In this document: positions 53,390-64,000 of the stretch, piece after piece
Layout: each line of letters opens with the position of its first letter
Position numbering within the stretch: the stretch's first letter is position 1
Origin: Camelus dromedarius
Lineage: Eukaryota
Assembly (NCBI RefSeq): GCF_036321535.1
Contig: NC_087436.1
Coordinates: forward strand, 77,688,001-77,752,000
DNA length: 64,000 bases
Direction: 5' to 3'
Position numbers and translations under genes: made by a program
The notes under the pieces: generated by a model
What the model was told of the DNA's origin: nothing
Seen by the model: the letters and a program-made list of their open reading frames with translations, nothing else
Database searches by the model: none

Positions 53390-53970
53390 TATGGTGTGCA
53401 GAATTCTAAGATGGCCCCATGATCTCCACCCAGCTAGTGTCACACTGTTACATAATCCCATCCTTTTGACTGGAGATGGAACCTGGGACTTGCTCCTTGC
53501 CAGCAGAACATGGTAACCGTGATGGGAGGGTCACCCAGTGCATGTTATATAAGGTCTCATCTTAGCAACAATACAGAGATTCTCCAGCTTGCCCTGAAGA
53601 AGTAAGTTGCCGTGTTCTGAGAGGGCCTACGATGGGGACATATGGCAGGGAACTCTGGGCAGAACTCTAGGAGCTGACAGCAGCCCCTAACTGACAGCCA
53701 GCAAGAAAATGGGGACCTCAGTTCTACCACCACGAGCAACTGAATTCTGCCAGCAATCATTTGAGCTTAGAGGAGGACCTCTTCTACTAGAAAGCTCTAG
53801 AAAGGAACACAGCCTGTCGACACCTTGACTGCAGCCCTGTGAAGCCCTGAGCAGATGACCAAAACAGCTTCAGCCAGACCTGACCCACAGAAAAGCTGAG
53901 ATAACAAATATGTGATGTTCTAAGCTGCTAAGTTTGTGGTAACGTGTTATGGAACAATAGAAAACTAATA
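53390..53970 (+). mobile_element. MaLR LTR (MLT1E-like)
   Basis: 'gcagaattctaagatggccccatgatc...acagccagcaagaaaatggggacctcagt...taagctgctaagtttgtggtaacgtgttatggaacaatagaaaactaata'. Confidence 0.8.
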
Positions 53971-54296
53971 TCTGGGTTTCCCTGAGTTTCTACTCCTGAG
54001 AAATATCAAGTAGTATCTTCTCCTGCTCACTTTTTACCTCCCTTTTTCTCATCTCATCTGGAGAGAAGAGACCGGAAGCTATAGATCTTTCTTTCCTTAT
54101 TTCCCAGAGCTTACTTATAAACCCCAAAAAGACTACCAAAGCTGATGCTTGGACTTTACCAATTAAAATTAATTTTTCGTAACAAACTCCTGGAAGGACT
54201 AAAAGGAAACTGAGAGTTCCTGATCACTCACACTTTAATACGAATTTTCTACATAAGATTTTTCTGGCCATTATTGGCCATAGCTCTCAAAAAATA

Positions 54297-54345
54297 AAAA
54301 CAAAAACAAAACAAAACAAAACAAAACAAAGCAAACAAACAAAAC
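54297..54345. repeat. (AAAAC)n pentanucleotide repeat
   Basis: Read directly from the sequence. Confidence 0.85.
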
Positions 54346-56839
54346 CTGTCAAACCAGACTGCACTGAAAAATCTACAACTAACAAATGCTTCTAAGGAAA
54401 GTCAGATGGAGGGGAGCAAATCACCTTAAAATAAGACTTTAAAGAAAGAAAACAGGTTTAATTAAAGGACAATTACAACAAATTTCTCTTTCACAGAGAA
54501 GGTACTTCCACAGCTTAAAAACTGAAAAGCTTTTCCTTGGCTTCAGATTTTTTTACCCCTTCTTGAGAATTCAAGTGCAGTTTAAACCCTAGAAAAAGTC
54601 AGGTGACCAGAGCTGAGCCAGCTGCTCACGCTTTGGAAGGAAAAGGGAGGCTCCCTGGAACCTGATGCCTCAGGCAAGGTCAGGGACGATGCTTCCCTCT
54701 GATCTGACAAGCAAGGAGAAAAGGCCACTGTCTTCTCAGTCAGACTATTTCTACTCCACTCTTTCCTAGGAATCTAGCAGGGGAAAATGGGCAGTGTCCA
54801 GAATGGCATGAAATGCGTGGGAGAAAGAAAAATGGGTCCAGAAAGAGCAGCCCATTTCAGAGGACGTTCTGAAGATGTAAGAGAGGAGAGCTGAAGGCTT
54901 TGCCCAGGCCCCCAGGACAGCGGTTCAAAGCCAGCACTGCTCAGTCACCTGGAGTAACTTATCTGGAGGCAAGCAGATCCACGAACTACTATAAACATTC
55001 TATAAATTAGTAAGCTAGCGGGCAAAATCAGACATGTTATGATTAAGTGGCAGCTATCTTGGTCTCCAGATGAGGCTACACAGCGTTAGGCACTACTGAT
55101 TAGCACCATGGACCAGTTACTCAGGCTTGGTAAGCCTCGGGTAGTAATACTTAGCCGGCAGGTTGTTGTGAAAACAAATGAGGTTACTCTAAATAGGTCA
55201 TAGCGCAGTGCGCCTGGCTTATAATAGGTACTCCAAATTGGTACTGATGGCTATTGACTAGTCTAATGCTGAGACTGGAGGAAAACTGGGGGCAAATAAA
55301 ATAAAAGTATAAAGGAAGAAAATTAGATAGGGAGGAGACAGAAAGAAATACAGAAAATAAAAGGAAGAAAACAAAATTAAAGAATTGAATATTCAGTAAC
55401 TATTTGTTAAGCTAAATGTGTTAATCTGATGGGGTAAAGGGAATCTTTCCAGCCAAGGCTATTGGGACAAAAATTGCTGTGGTTTTTGTGTAGTATAAAA
55501 ATATCACAGAATATGCTATAACTCAGGAATGGAGATCACTGGGCGGGGGAAGGGTGGCTCTGAGTCAGCTGGGCACTGACAATAAGCACTTAGATATCTG
55601 ATTCTTTACAATTAGCCCTCAAGTCCTAAGTGTTTCCTGAGGCTTAATTACGCATTTCCCCTGACAGCTAGCAACTGACAGACTGGAAGGTGTGAGGTTA
55701 AAGTGAGAAGCAGCAGAGGGTTGCTATACACCAAGCAGGTGATTTGAGAGGTTGAGAGAGGGTCCAGGTGGGGTGCAAAGTGAGAAGAGCCCAGGCCCTT
55801 TGGCATCTAAAGAGAAAGAAGAAAAAAGCAGGGGTAGGAAGTGACGAAGCTGGGTACTAGGGTACAGGAAGTCTTCTCTGAGATGGCAAGGCAGCTACCA
55901 CTGAATTCTAGGCTTCAACTCCTCCATGCTCCTTACCTGTCCTTTTTTTTTTGAAGTTTAACAGCACTGCCCATCCCAGCCCCAACCAGCTCTAAGGGGA
56001 GCCATCCACTTCGCACATCGGGGTAGAGAACACCCTCTTGACATTCGGCAGACTCAGCTTGGAAACCTGGTTCAGTGGACGACCTTGTACAAGCTGTTGA
56101 ATGCTCCTGAGCTTTCATTTCACCTCCGGGCCAAGGTTAAAGTAACACCTACCTCATTAGGCAAGTGTCCAGGCTCCATGGGATAATAGATGGAAAACAA
56201 CAGAGCAAACAACTTGGTTTTCTCACTGCATCCCTGTGTAGCTAGCTCTGATCTGCATGTCTAATGCACATTACTGCTATAAAACATAACCTCTGTTTTC
56301 AGACATTCTGGCATCTTTCACCAGACACATCACCCAGCTCCCTTTACCCAAAATTTCAGGCTATCAGGTCACCACACAAGTGGACTTTCCTCTTCCTCCA
56401 TCTTTTATACGGGGAGCTTCACTTTTTTGCTTTTCTCAAGACCCCAGGTTAAGGAATAGTATTTACAAGCATATGCATGAGGTTTTTAACTATTCATCTG
56501 ATAAAGAGTCTGTACATGCACTCTCAGTAATCTTTAATAATCTTTCTAAGTAAAATCTACATAAAGAACGTCTCATACAGTAACATCTAAGTCACTGTTT
56601 CATGGAATTAAAAGATTTCTTTCCCTCCCACTCTCAGCAAAATTTTCCTCTACTGCAAAGTGGTAACAGTGCAGCACTTTCTGAAAGCACAGTTTTCAGG
56701 GAGAAATAGCAATAGCCGGGAGCTGTTTGTAACTATAGGGAAAAAATAGAAACATATCTATTTCTAATTATATATTTATTTTTTACAAGGCTTCCCAACT
56801 AAGGTATAAAGAATCCTCCTCTAATTTTCGTTTTGGTAT

Positions 56840-57100
56840 AGTGGTATATTGGAGTTGTTAAAAGAGACTTTAGGTAGCAGAAGTCCTGGTTTTGAATCCC
56901 GGTTCCAACATTACAACCTTAGGCAAGGTATTTAATTCTGCATGCCTCGGTTTCCTTCTACATAAAACGATACGTAAGAATCACAACTTTTACAGTTGTG
57001 ATGGTAGTAATATCTATCTCACAAGTCTGGTGTGAGGATTAAATGATCCAACGTTTGGGAGGCATTCAGAGTGGTCAGTGATGTACAAATTTGTTATTAT
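56840..57100 (+). mobile_element. MIR SINE
   Basis: 'ttgaatcccggttcc...accttaggcaaggtatttaa...gcctcggtttcct...tgtgaggattaaatga'. Confidence 0.7.
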
Positions 57101-58012
57101 TACTACTGTCTTTTTACTCCAGAGAAACACTCCTGCTCGATAAAGAAGCTGCATTCCTATAATGCACATTCAAACGTGCAGTGCTGCTTTCGAAAGGAAG
57201 CCCCAATAATAACAAATATCCTCTTCCTCACTGCTGTTCCACATCTTGTTTAAATGGTTGACTCACTAACGCTTTCCACTTTTACCTATTCTGCTCCTGG
57301 GGTGGGAGTGACAAACGAGACTAATTGTCCTTCCTAAAACTACAGTCAACTTCTGAAGTCAGCCGACAAGTCTTTGTTTTCTCTTCCCTTTTCACAGAAG
57401 AACAATACTTTCAAATGATAGTTTAGGCGTTCTTCGTGAAAGGCAGTCGTACCAGCAACTTGCCAGATGTCTCTGATTAATTCGCCTGTGTTCCACCAGA
57501 CATTCTGCACGAGCTTGTAATTTTGCTCTGCCGGGGCTGAAGTTTGCTAAACAATGTCTGCATCAACAGAAAATTTAATTTCAGTAAGAGGTCTGACCTT
57601 GGGATGCCTGGTTGTCCTGGTGTTCGAGGCAGGTCAGATGTGGACAGAAATGAGATCTGAGCTCTTTCTCACTCTCCTTTGCCACTGATGCTCAGTTGTC
57701 AGCCTTGAGAACCACTGTACTTACTTGGGAACCTATTCATCCATTCGTGCCCCTCCACCTACATCAGTCTGTACGGTCAGATGGATCAAACCCATTCTCT
57801 GTGTCCTCTTCACACAGGTCTGAGCTCTGAGGATCCAGCACTTGGTGAACATTGATGCAATGGGTAAGCTCTGCTCAACTCTGCTCGGAAGAAGCCAGGA
57901 AGCACACTGTTCTTCCTCCCAATCAACAGAGCATGTCAAAATAAAGCAGACTGGTGGCCAAACCAATCTGACTTGAGGCCTTTGATCTTTGTGGTTGTTT
58001 TAAGAACTCTAG

Positions 58013-58578
58013 TGTAGGCAGATAGGGTAGGGGTGGCTGGAGGAGGAGAATCAGACATAACTTGCTTGACATAAGAGAAGCCATTTTAAAGCTAAACCAT
58101 TTTCCAATCTAAGCCTGACCACAGTGCTTGTCCTTGACCAGGCCAGGGAAATCACCATATCAGAGACAATAAATCAGTTGTAAAGACTCCAAGTTCTAGT
58201 CCGAAGCACATCCTTGAGCTATTTTGCAGAAGCCAAATCTCCGTCAAGCACCCAACAACCAGACTAACTGGAACCTAAGAAATGATGTTGCTGACCTTTG
58301 CCGACCCTCAAGATTTCAATCGAGAGCTGGGACTCTGTCGATCTTTGCCCCAATTCTATGCTGAATTCTCCTCTGCTCAAGCCCCTTCATAAATACGCAT
58401 GTACGCTTAGCTGAAAACTTCTCCAGTTTTGCTGTTTGAGGAGATACTGCTTTGGGAAATATCCCCAGTGTTCTCCTTACTTGCTGCAAGTAATAAATTC
58501 ATCCTTCCCCCACTCTTTGGCTTGGTTGTGTCTTTTGGCTTGACACCCCCAAGAGGCAAATCCAGTTTTCAGGAAACA
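58013..58578 (+). mobile_element. Solo ERV1-class LTR (possibly MER41-like), 566 bp
   Basis: TG...CA termini (TGTAGG...GAAACA) flanked by a 4-bp TSD CTAG at 58009-58012 and 58579-58582. AATAAA at 58492-58497 follows 'gctttgggaaatatccccagtgttctccttacttgctgcaagt'. Confidence 0.85.
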
Positions 58579-59176
58579 CTAGGACTGTAGAGGGAAAACA
58601 CTGGTTTCAAAGTCAAGAATCTTGGATTTTAATCTTAGCTCTTGCCACTCACCATGGCATATTCCGCAACTCCCCAGCACCTGTTTCTTCACTTCTCCAG
58701 TAAGGGGCATAGTTGGCGGTGGGGCATGGCAGGGGAGGGAGGCATGAAACAATCTCTAAAGTTCCTCCAGCTCTAAAATCTTCTGATAGTCACCACAATA
58801 AGTTGAAATCAGAGATCAGAGTATCTGCTATACTGTAATGCTCTGACTCATCCTGATTTACGATACTTCAGTAAGGCTGAGGACCTGTAATAAAACACGC
58901 TACGTGCCCACACAGTCGTAGGCTTCTGAAGATCTGAAATGGTCAGTGGGCACAAAGCCAAGTCCCTACAAAAGGCTACGATAGACTGCAGGTTCAGGGC
59001 TGCTGAGGACTGATCCCACACTGTGCCCATGTCATCTGACAGGCTCATTCTCATTTTCTGAGACTTTGTTCTAATACTGAACACAGGTCTTATTTTGCCT
59101 ACAAAGCTTTCCCAAATTTCACTAGGTCATAATTCCCATCTCAGGAGATAGTAGTTACAGTCAAAAACACATAATC

Positions 59177-59382
59177 TAGAACTGCAATATCCAATAGAGT
59201 GGTCATTGGACACATGTGGCTGTATAATTGTAAAACAAATTGAAATTAAAAATTCAATTCCTCAGTGGCACAAGCCCCATTTCCAGAGTTCAACAGCCAC
59301 ATTTTGCTATTGGCTACAATACTGGACCACACAGATTATAGAACATTTCCATCACTGCTGAAAGTTCCCTTGGACAGCACTG
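59177..59382. mobile_element. MER3-like hAT-Charlie MITE
   Basis: Homologous to 15068-15272: 'cacatgtggc...aaaattcaattcctcagt...tagaacatttccatcactgctgaaagttcccttggacagcactg'. Confidence 0.8.
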
Positions 59383-60384
59383 AGTTATTCTAAAGCCTGA
59401 TCTTACAAAGTAGATCCTTGCATTTTGCAAAAGGCAAATTTCAAGAGTTCTCTGATGCATTAGAGCGTAAGTCTCTCTGTATAAAACAGGGAGGTGCAAC
59501 TATACCATTTAAGCTACCCTCTCAGACCCTGCAAGTACACTTGCAGGGTACAAGACAGCCAAGACGGCATGAGCGGGCTGCCTGGCAGTCTGAGAGGTTC
59601 ACTTGCCATTCACAAGACATTTGAGCACAGAAACCTTAGCGAACTCACAGACAGCTGTGGCATAGGTCTTAGAGTCTCTCATGAATTACTGGATCTGAAT
59701 CCTCAAATTCCAAATCTATCATCCCCCCAAATGTTATTCTCAGCTGTCGGTCAGTACTTCATTTCTCCCTAATGTTGTTGACTGCAGGGAGGCTGGGAGT
59801 CTCTCCTCACTTCCCTGCTCACTGTTAAGTCCTCATCTGAGATACCCTTTTTGACAAAAAGTCTAAGAAGCCATTCAATGGCTTTCTGATGCAGTGTGGA
59901 GGGGAGGCCTTATCCAAAATGCAGTTGACATGTGTTAGTAGAAATAAATATAGTCATAAACAAGTAAATCATGAGAACCTAGAAATAAATGAAGGTGCCA
60001 TTTTGACTGATATTTAAATTCTCTAATATTTAACAGGAACTGCTTGGAAAAGTAGCCAAATCAATGGATACTGTCCAGCATCCTTTTATCAGTGAATGGT
60101 GCCCTCATCTTTTCTAAAGTTCTAACTTCTAGAAACTTGTTTCTTACAAAATTCGTGAAGACTGTATAAAAGATGAATTAAAACATTCTAACTTTACTTA
60201 TGGCTTTTCTCTAAAACTGGAACTATGTGAAAATGGTAAGTGAATTGTAATATTGAGCACGTTCAAAGAACCGGAAAATTTTAAATCTCTGAACTGATGA
60301 TGTTAGCTACCTACATTTAGCCAGTTATTCCAGACTTAAGGGGAAAGACATTTTATAAGGGAGACTGCAAGGAAAACTGAGACA

Positions 60385-60480
60385 TATTGTATATATGTAT
60401 ATGTAGTTTAATCACTTTGCTGTACACCAGAAACTAACACAACATTGTAAATCAACTATACTTCAATTTACAAAAAAACA
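60385..60480 (+). mobile_element. Short L1 3' end next to a MER104/Kanga-like Tc2 fragment (60483-60555)
   Basis: 'atcactttgctgtacaccagaaactaacacaacattgtaaatcaactatacttcaat'. The following 'ccaattaagctgtgacatgtc...cagaaatgttggaatgtgaaaaa' resembles the reverse complement of the element at 22148. Confidence 0.7.
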
Positions 60481-61984
60481 CTTCCAATTAAGCTGTGACA
60501 TGTCTTCAATTGTAAGGAACATCCCAATATCAGAAATGTTGGAATGTGAAAAAACAAAGAGTGGTTCCCATATTTTTACTTAATTTTTCAATTCAGAACC
60601 GAAAGGTCTATGAAAGCATTAAGAGGAATATGAGGGCATAAGTGATCCAATTTGGCCTCTTTAGGACTTAATCACTAAGGAATCAGTTATCCCATTTCTT
60701 CGTCTTGTCCTCAGCACAAACCGATACCCATTTGGCTTGACTTTATGATGGATGAGCGGAATCGTTGCCAATTCTTATTCAGGGCCTATAATGTCTTTCC
60801 TCTCCCGTGTCCCACTCATGACAGACAGGTGGTTTGGCCCCAGAACTAACTGTTCCCAGCTACTGATTTTCTCTGCCGGGTTATAACAGAGCTAATTTTA
60901 AAAATACAGAGTAATGTACTTATCTTGGATTGTTCTGTTACTTCACTCTGGGAGAATGATGTTTTGCCTAAAGATGGACAAAAATCTTTGGAATAAAATA
61001 ATTAAAAATAATCTTCATTCAAGAGGAGAAGTCTCATAGAAAATGTAGGAAGAGGGTCAAAGATGAATTGCTATTACATTCTCTCACATATCTCTCCTAG
61101 ATATGCAAACACATTACTACTTGAGAGTTTTTTGTGGGTAAATAATACATTATGCTTATATATGCATATATAGTAATATAATGCATAATATATAGTATTA
61201 CCATATGTGTGTATATCTCTTACACATCAAAAGAGAACACTATGATGTTTAATTTTTGAAAAACAAGCATAAGTTTGTAAGCAACATTTATAATTTCTGA
61301 ATTCATACCACTGAAAACAAATAATTATTATTTACACAATAAGAATAGATAAGATCTTTCTAAATCAACTAGTCATAAAATTCTCGGCTTAGAAAAGTCT
61401 TCTGAACTCTCATATTAGTCAGATTCTTTCAGCCACAGAGTATTATGACTAATAATCCAGCATGACTTGTTTCCTTAACAAATATTTACTGATCATTTGC
61501 TACTTGCCAAGCACTGTCAACAAATTGATGAATTAACCCTCCCTCTACAATCCTGTTGTCAAAAATTAATCATTTATTTAAGTCAGATATTTTATCTTGA
61601 TTTATGTTACTTGTGTCAGTGAATAAATTAAAAGTTGCTTTAATTTTACTAATCTTGCAGTTTGCAAGAGAGATCCAGGCTCAGCCAAGACATTATCAAG
61701 GCAAAAGATCTAACTGCAACTAAGAAATACTCAGTCGTTTAAAAAGAGAACAGAAAAAAAAACTCTAACTCATGATGTTTCCAGTCAATCTTTCCTGATT
61801 AGGAAATTAAAATTTCGGCCAGAAAAGAAACATACACATATACAAACACACACACACACACGTAAACACATGCCTGCATAAGAATGTTGTGGTAAATATT
61901 TACATGTCTTTTTAAAAATCCTTATTTTTTAAATTATTTCTGGCTTTTAATTGTTCCCTCTTCCCAAGATACTCTTTCCACCTA

Positions 61985-62290
61985 GTCTATGCTCCTCGTG
62001 CTCCTTTGGGTCTCAGTTAAAGGTCACCTCCTCAGCCAGGCTTCCGTGACAAGCCCAGTTCCGTTGCCTCCATCCCCTTCTCTCCCTCTAATCCCAGACA
62101 CCACTCATTATACTGCTGGGTTCATCATATCTTTTATCTTAATTAATAATTACACAATGTTTACTTGTTTCCATGTATACTATCTCCTCACAAGAAAGGC
62201 TCTGTGTCTATTCATTCACTGATTTATACTTAGCATCTAAGACAGTGGCTGGCAGAGCGCAGTGCACGACCGTGGGATGAATGAATGAAT
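61985..62290 (+). mobile_element. L2 3' end fragment
   Basis: 'ggtctcagttaaaggtcacctcctcag...ttcactgatttatacttagcatctaagacagtggctggca...tgaatgaatgaat'. Confidence 0.65.
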
Positions 62291-62739
62291 TCATCCCCCT
62301 TGGAGGCTCAGTCTTGGCCCTTTTTTCACGACACTTGCAGACTAAGTGCTAAGAAGTGGGTTCTGCTATGTTCATAATGGATCGTGATTTGTGTACACCG
62401 TTAAGACCACTTCTACAGGAAGAGAGAAGAGCGGACTTTCTGAAACAACCTCTTCCCTCCCCTACAGTTTTCAAAACCATGGAAATGACTTTCATAAACT
62501 CAGTTCCTCAGTTATGCAAATCACACATCAAAGTCCAGGAGAAGCACAAACCCTGCTTTAAAAAGAAGTTCTGCTTAAAAGGAGACCCTGCTGCAAAACA
62601 AAACCATTCCTGAAGCCCACCACTCTGAAATTCAAAATGGTTAATATGCTCTTTTCCACTGAGGGGGCTCAATTAATGCCACTCTAATGTCTCATTAGAT
62701 TAAGGCCATCTAAGTCAAAAGGGTGTGGGACCTTCTTAC

Positions 62740-63200
62740 CTGGAGTCCTTTCTGACTCTTGCTTTCTCAAAGGAAAATTCAGGTGGTTTGTTGAGGTCAT
62801 AGGTTCGGGTGGTTGGCTCAGCGGACACTCCAGCCTTCGCTCCCCTTCGGCTGTGGAGGGAAACCAATCCCGAGGTCTTGCGGTGGACCTCCAGGGGCAC
62901 TTTATCTGGAGAGGCCTGACACGGGCTTCCTCCCTGCATGTGCACCACATCCTGAAGCTTGTTCAGCTGGATGCACTTGCTCTGGAGCTCCTCTGTGAGC
63001 TCTGCGATGGCCACAGTCTGCTTGGACAGCTGCTCCCGCAGCTCCTTCAGATGGTACTCCCGTTCCTGGATCTCAGCATCCTTCCTCCTCAGCTCTCTCT
63101 CCAGCTCTGTCACCTTGCTCCGGAGGGCACTGGCAGTGAGGTTCCCAGACTGGCCATCTGGGTTCTTGGAATGTTTGGGTTTCACTGAACCATTTCCCAT
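62740..63200 (-). CDS. PRKG2: PRKG2 first coding exon (exon 2): myristoylation start, leucine zipper, autoinhibitory/pseudosubstrate region
   Basis: ATG at 63200 encodes MGNGSVKPKHSK...RRGAKAGVSAEP...KARVRKDS. Acceptor CTTTCAG| opens the exon at 63213 (13 nt of 5'UTR); donor AG|GTAAGA; 461 coding nt. Confidence 0.98.
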
Positions 63201-64000
63201 TTTGCTCAAGGACCTGAAAGAGGGCACAGAATTGTGAATTATGTCATGGAGCTGCACTTCCCAATGGCCCCTACCGCTCGTCTCATGCCACTCTGTTTCA
63301 TAAATAGAAACACAGGAGGCACCGCTGTTCAATAAGCAATACATTCCCCACACTTCCAGAAGGAAAGCTATGGGATGGATTTCCTTTGTCCCTCTGTGAG
63401 GACAAGTTGGCACTTGGTTTCATTCTTCCCTGTCCCTTTGCTGGCACAAACATCACACCTAAGTATTTTGCACAAACGGCCTGCATTACCTGCTGTTCTG
63501 TTTGGTTATTCTCTCTGGACAGCTGTCAAAAGCATCACAACAAAACTGCGATGCGGATGTCAGCATGGCAAAGATAAAACGCCAACGAGCAGCTACGGCA
63601 TCGGAGGCTTGTTAATGTCACAACTCTCACAGCTCCCTGTGCGGCTACACTAAGAAACCGCCCCTGATTTAGAAAATAACACATCTACGTTCCTCAGGAG
63701 GAAGAGGCAGAGTTGGTGTTGCTTGATTAGTACGTTTCTCCTGCCCTACGAGCCTATTACATTTGGCTTTTCTGACAATGCTCACTTCTGGATGGCAGTT
63801 ATTAGAAGGTATAATAGAGGTATGGGGATTCTTCTACACTCTTTACTTCATATCCTAAAGCCAAGACTGTCCAAAAAATAACAACCTAGGGGGCAAGCCT
63901 CGATTATTTTCCCATAAAGAAAATCCTCAGTAGACATTCCAAAGTAGTTACTAATCCAGTGAGTCTCAGGATGTGATGTCCAGATCAGGGAGTATGAGGC

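Larger units (their letters stand above)
9979..63213 (-). other. PRKG2: PRKG2 gene body, partial (exons 2-14; 5' non-coding exon and 3' exons not in the mapped span)
   Basis: 13 exons of 461+167+114+106+64+78+95+69+99+154+137+90+142 = 1776 coding nt join in frame via GT-AG introns. The translation matches cGKII residues 1-592. Confidence 0.98.

Noticed and set aside
62813..63237. Plus-strand ORFs of 61-111 aa overlapping exon 2
   Set aside because: Antisense shadows of the GC-rich coiled-coil coding exon, with no independent evidence.
1..64000. Prokaryote-type systems (CRISPR, operons), NUMT or processed pseudogene
   Set aside because: I saw no repeat-spacer arrays, long intronless ORFs, mitochondrial-like segments or recognisable retrocopies; a BLAST of the repeat-masked introns would be needed to exclude short degenerate ones.

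Overview
Mammalian genomic DNA, AT-rich and repeat-rich. The host is probably a camelid: there are three tRNA-Ala-derived SINEs of the Vic-1 type, and I recognised no Alu, BovA/BovB, PRE1 or Can-SINE. The whole window lies inside one minus-strand gene, PRKG2 (cGMP-dependent protein kinase II). Thirteen coding exons were mapped by hand (exons 2-14 in human numbering). All have GT-AG sites and chain in frame into 1776 nt, i.e. codons 1-592. They cover the N-myristoylation start, leucine zipper, pseudosubstrate, cNMP-binding domains A and B, and the kinase domain up to just before DFG. The non-coding first exon was not identified (probably beyond 64000), and the remaining 3' coding exons lie below position 1. 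Introns contain old L1s, MaLR/ERVL LTRs, MIR/L2, hAT and Tc/mariner relics, short lineage-specific L1 3' ends, and one clean solo ERV1-class LTR. I found no convincing novel biological system. The best leads are a possible alternative exon in intron 2 that joins exon 3 in frame (MGSAVKLQKKKD-S), a Cys at residue 94, the internal exon-11 donor for the delta441-469 isoform, and possible antisense promoter and splice signals. Repeat family names and human comparisons come from memory of consensus sequences. Repeat boundaries are approximate unless TSDs are given.
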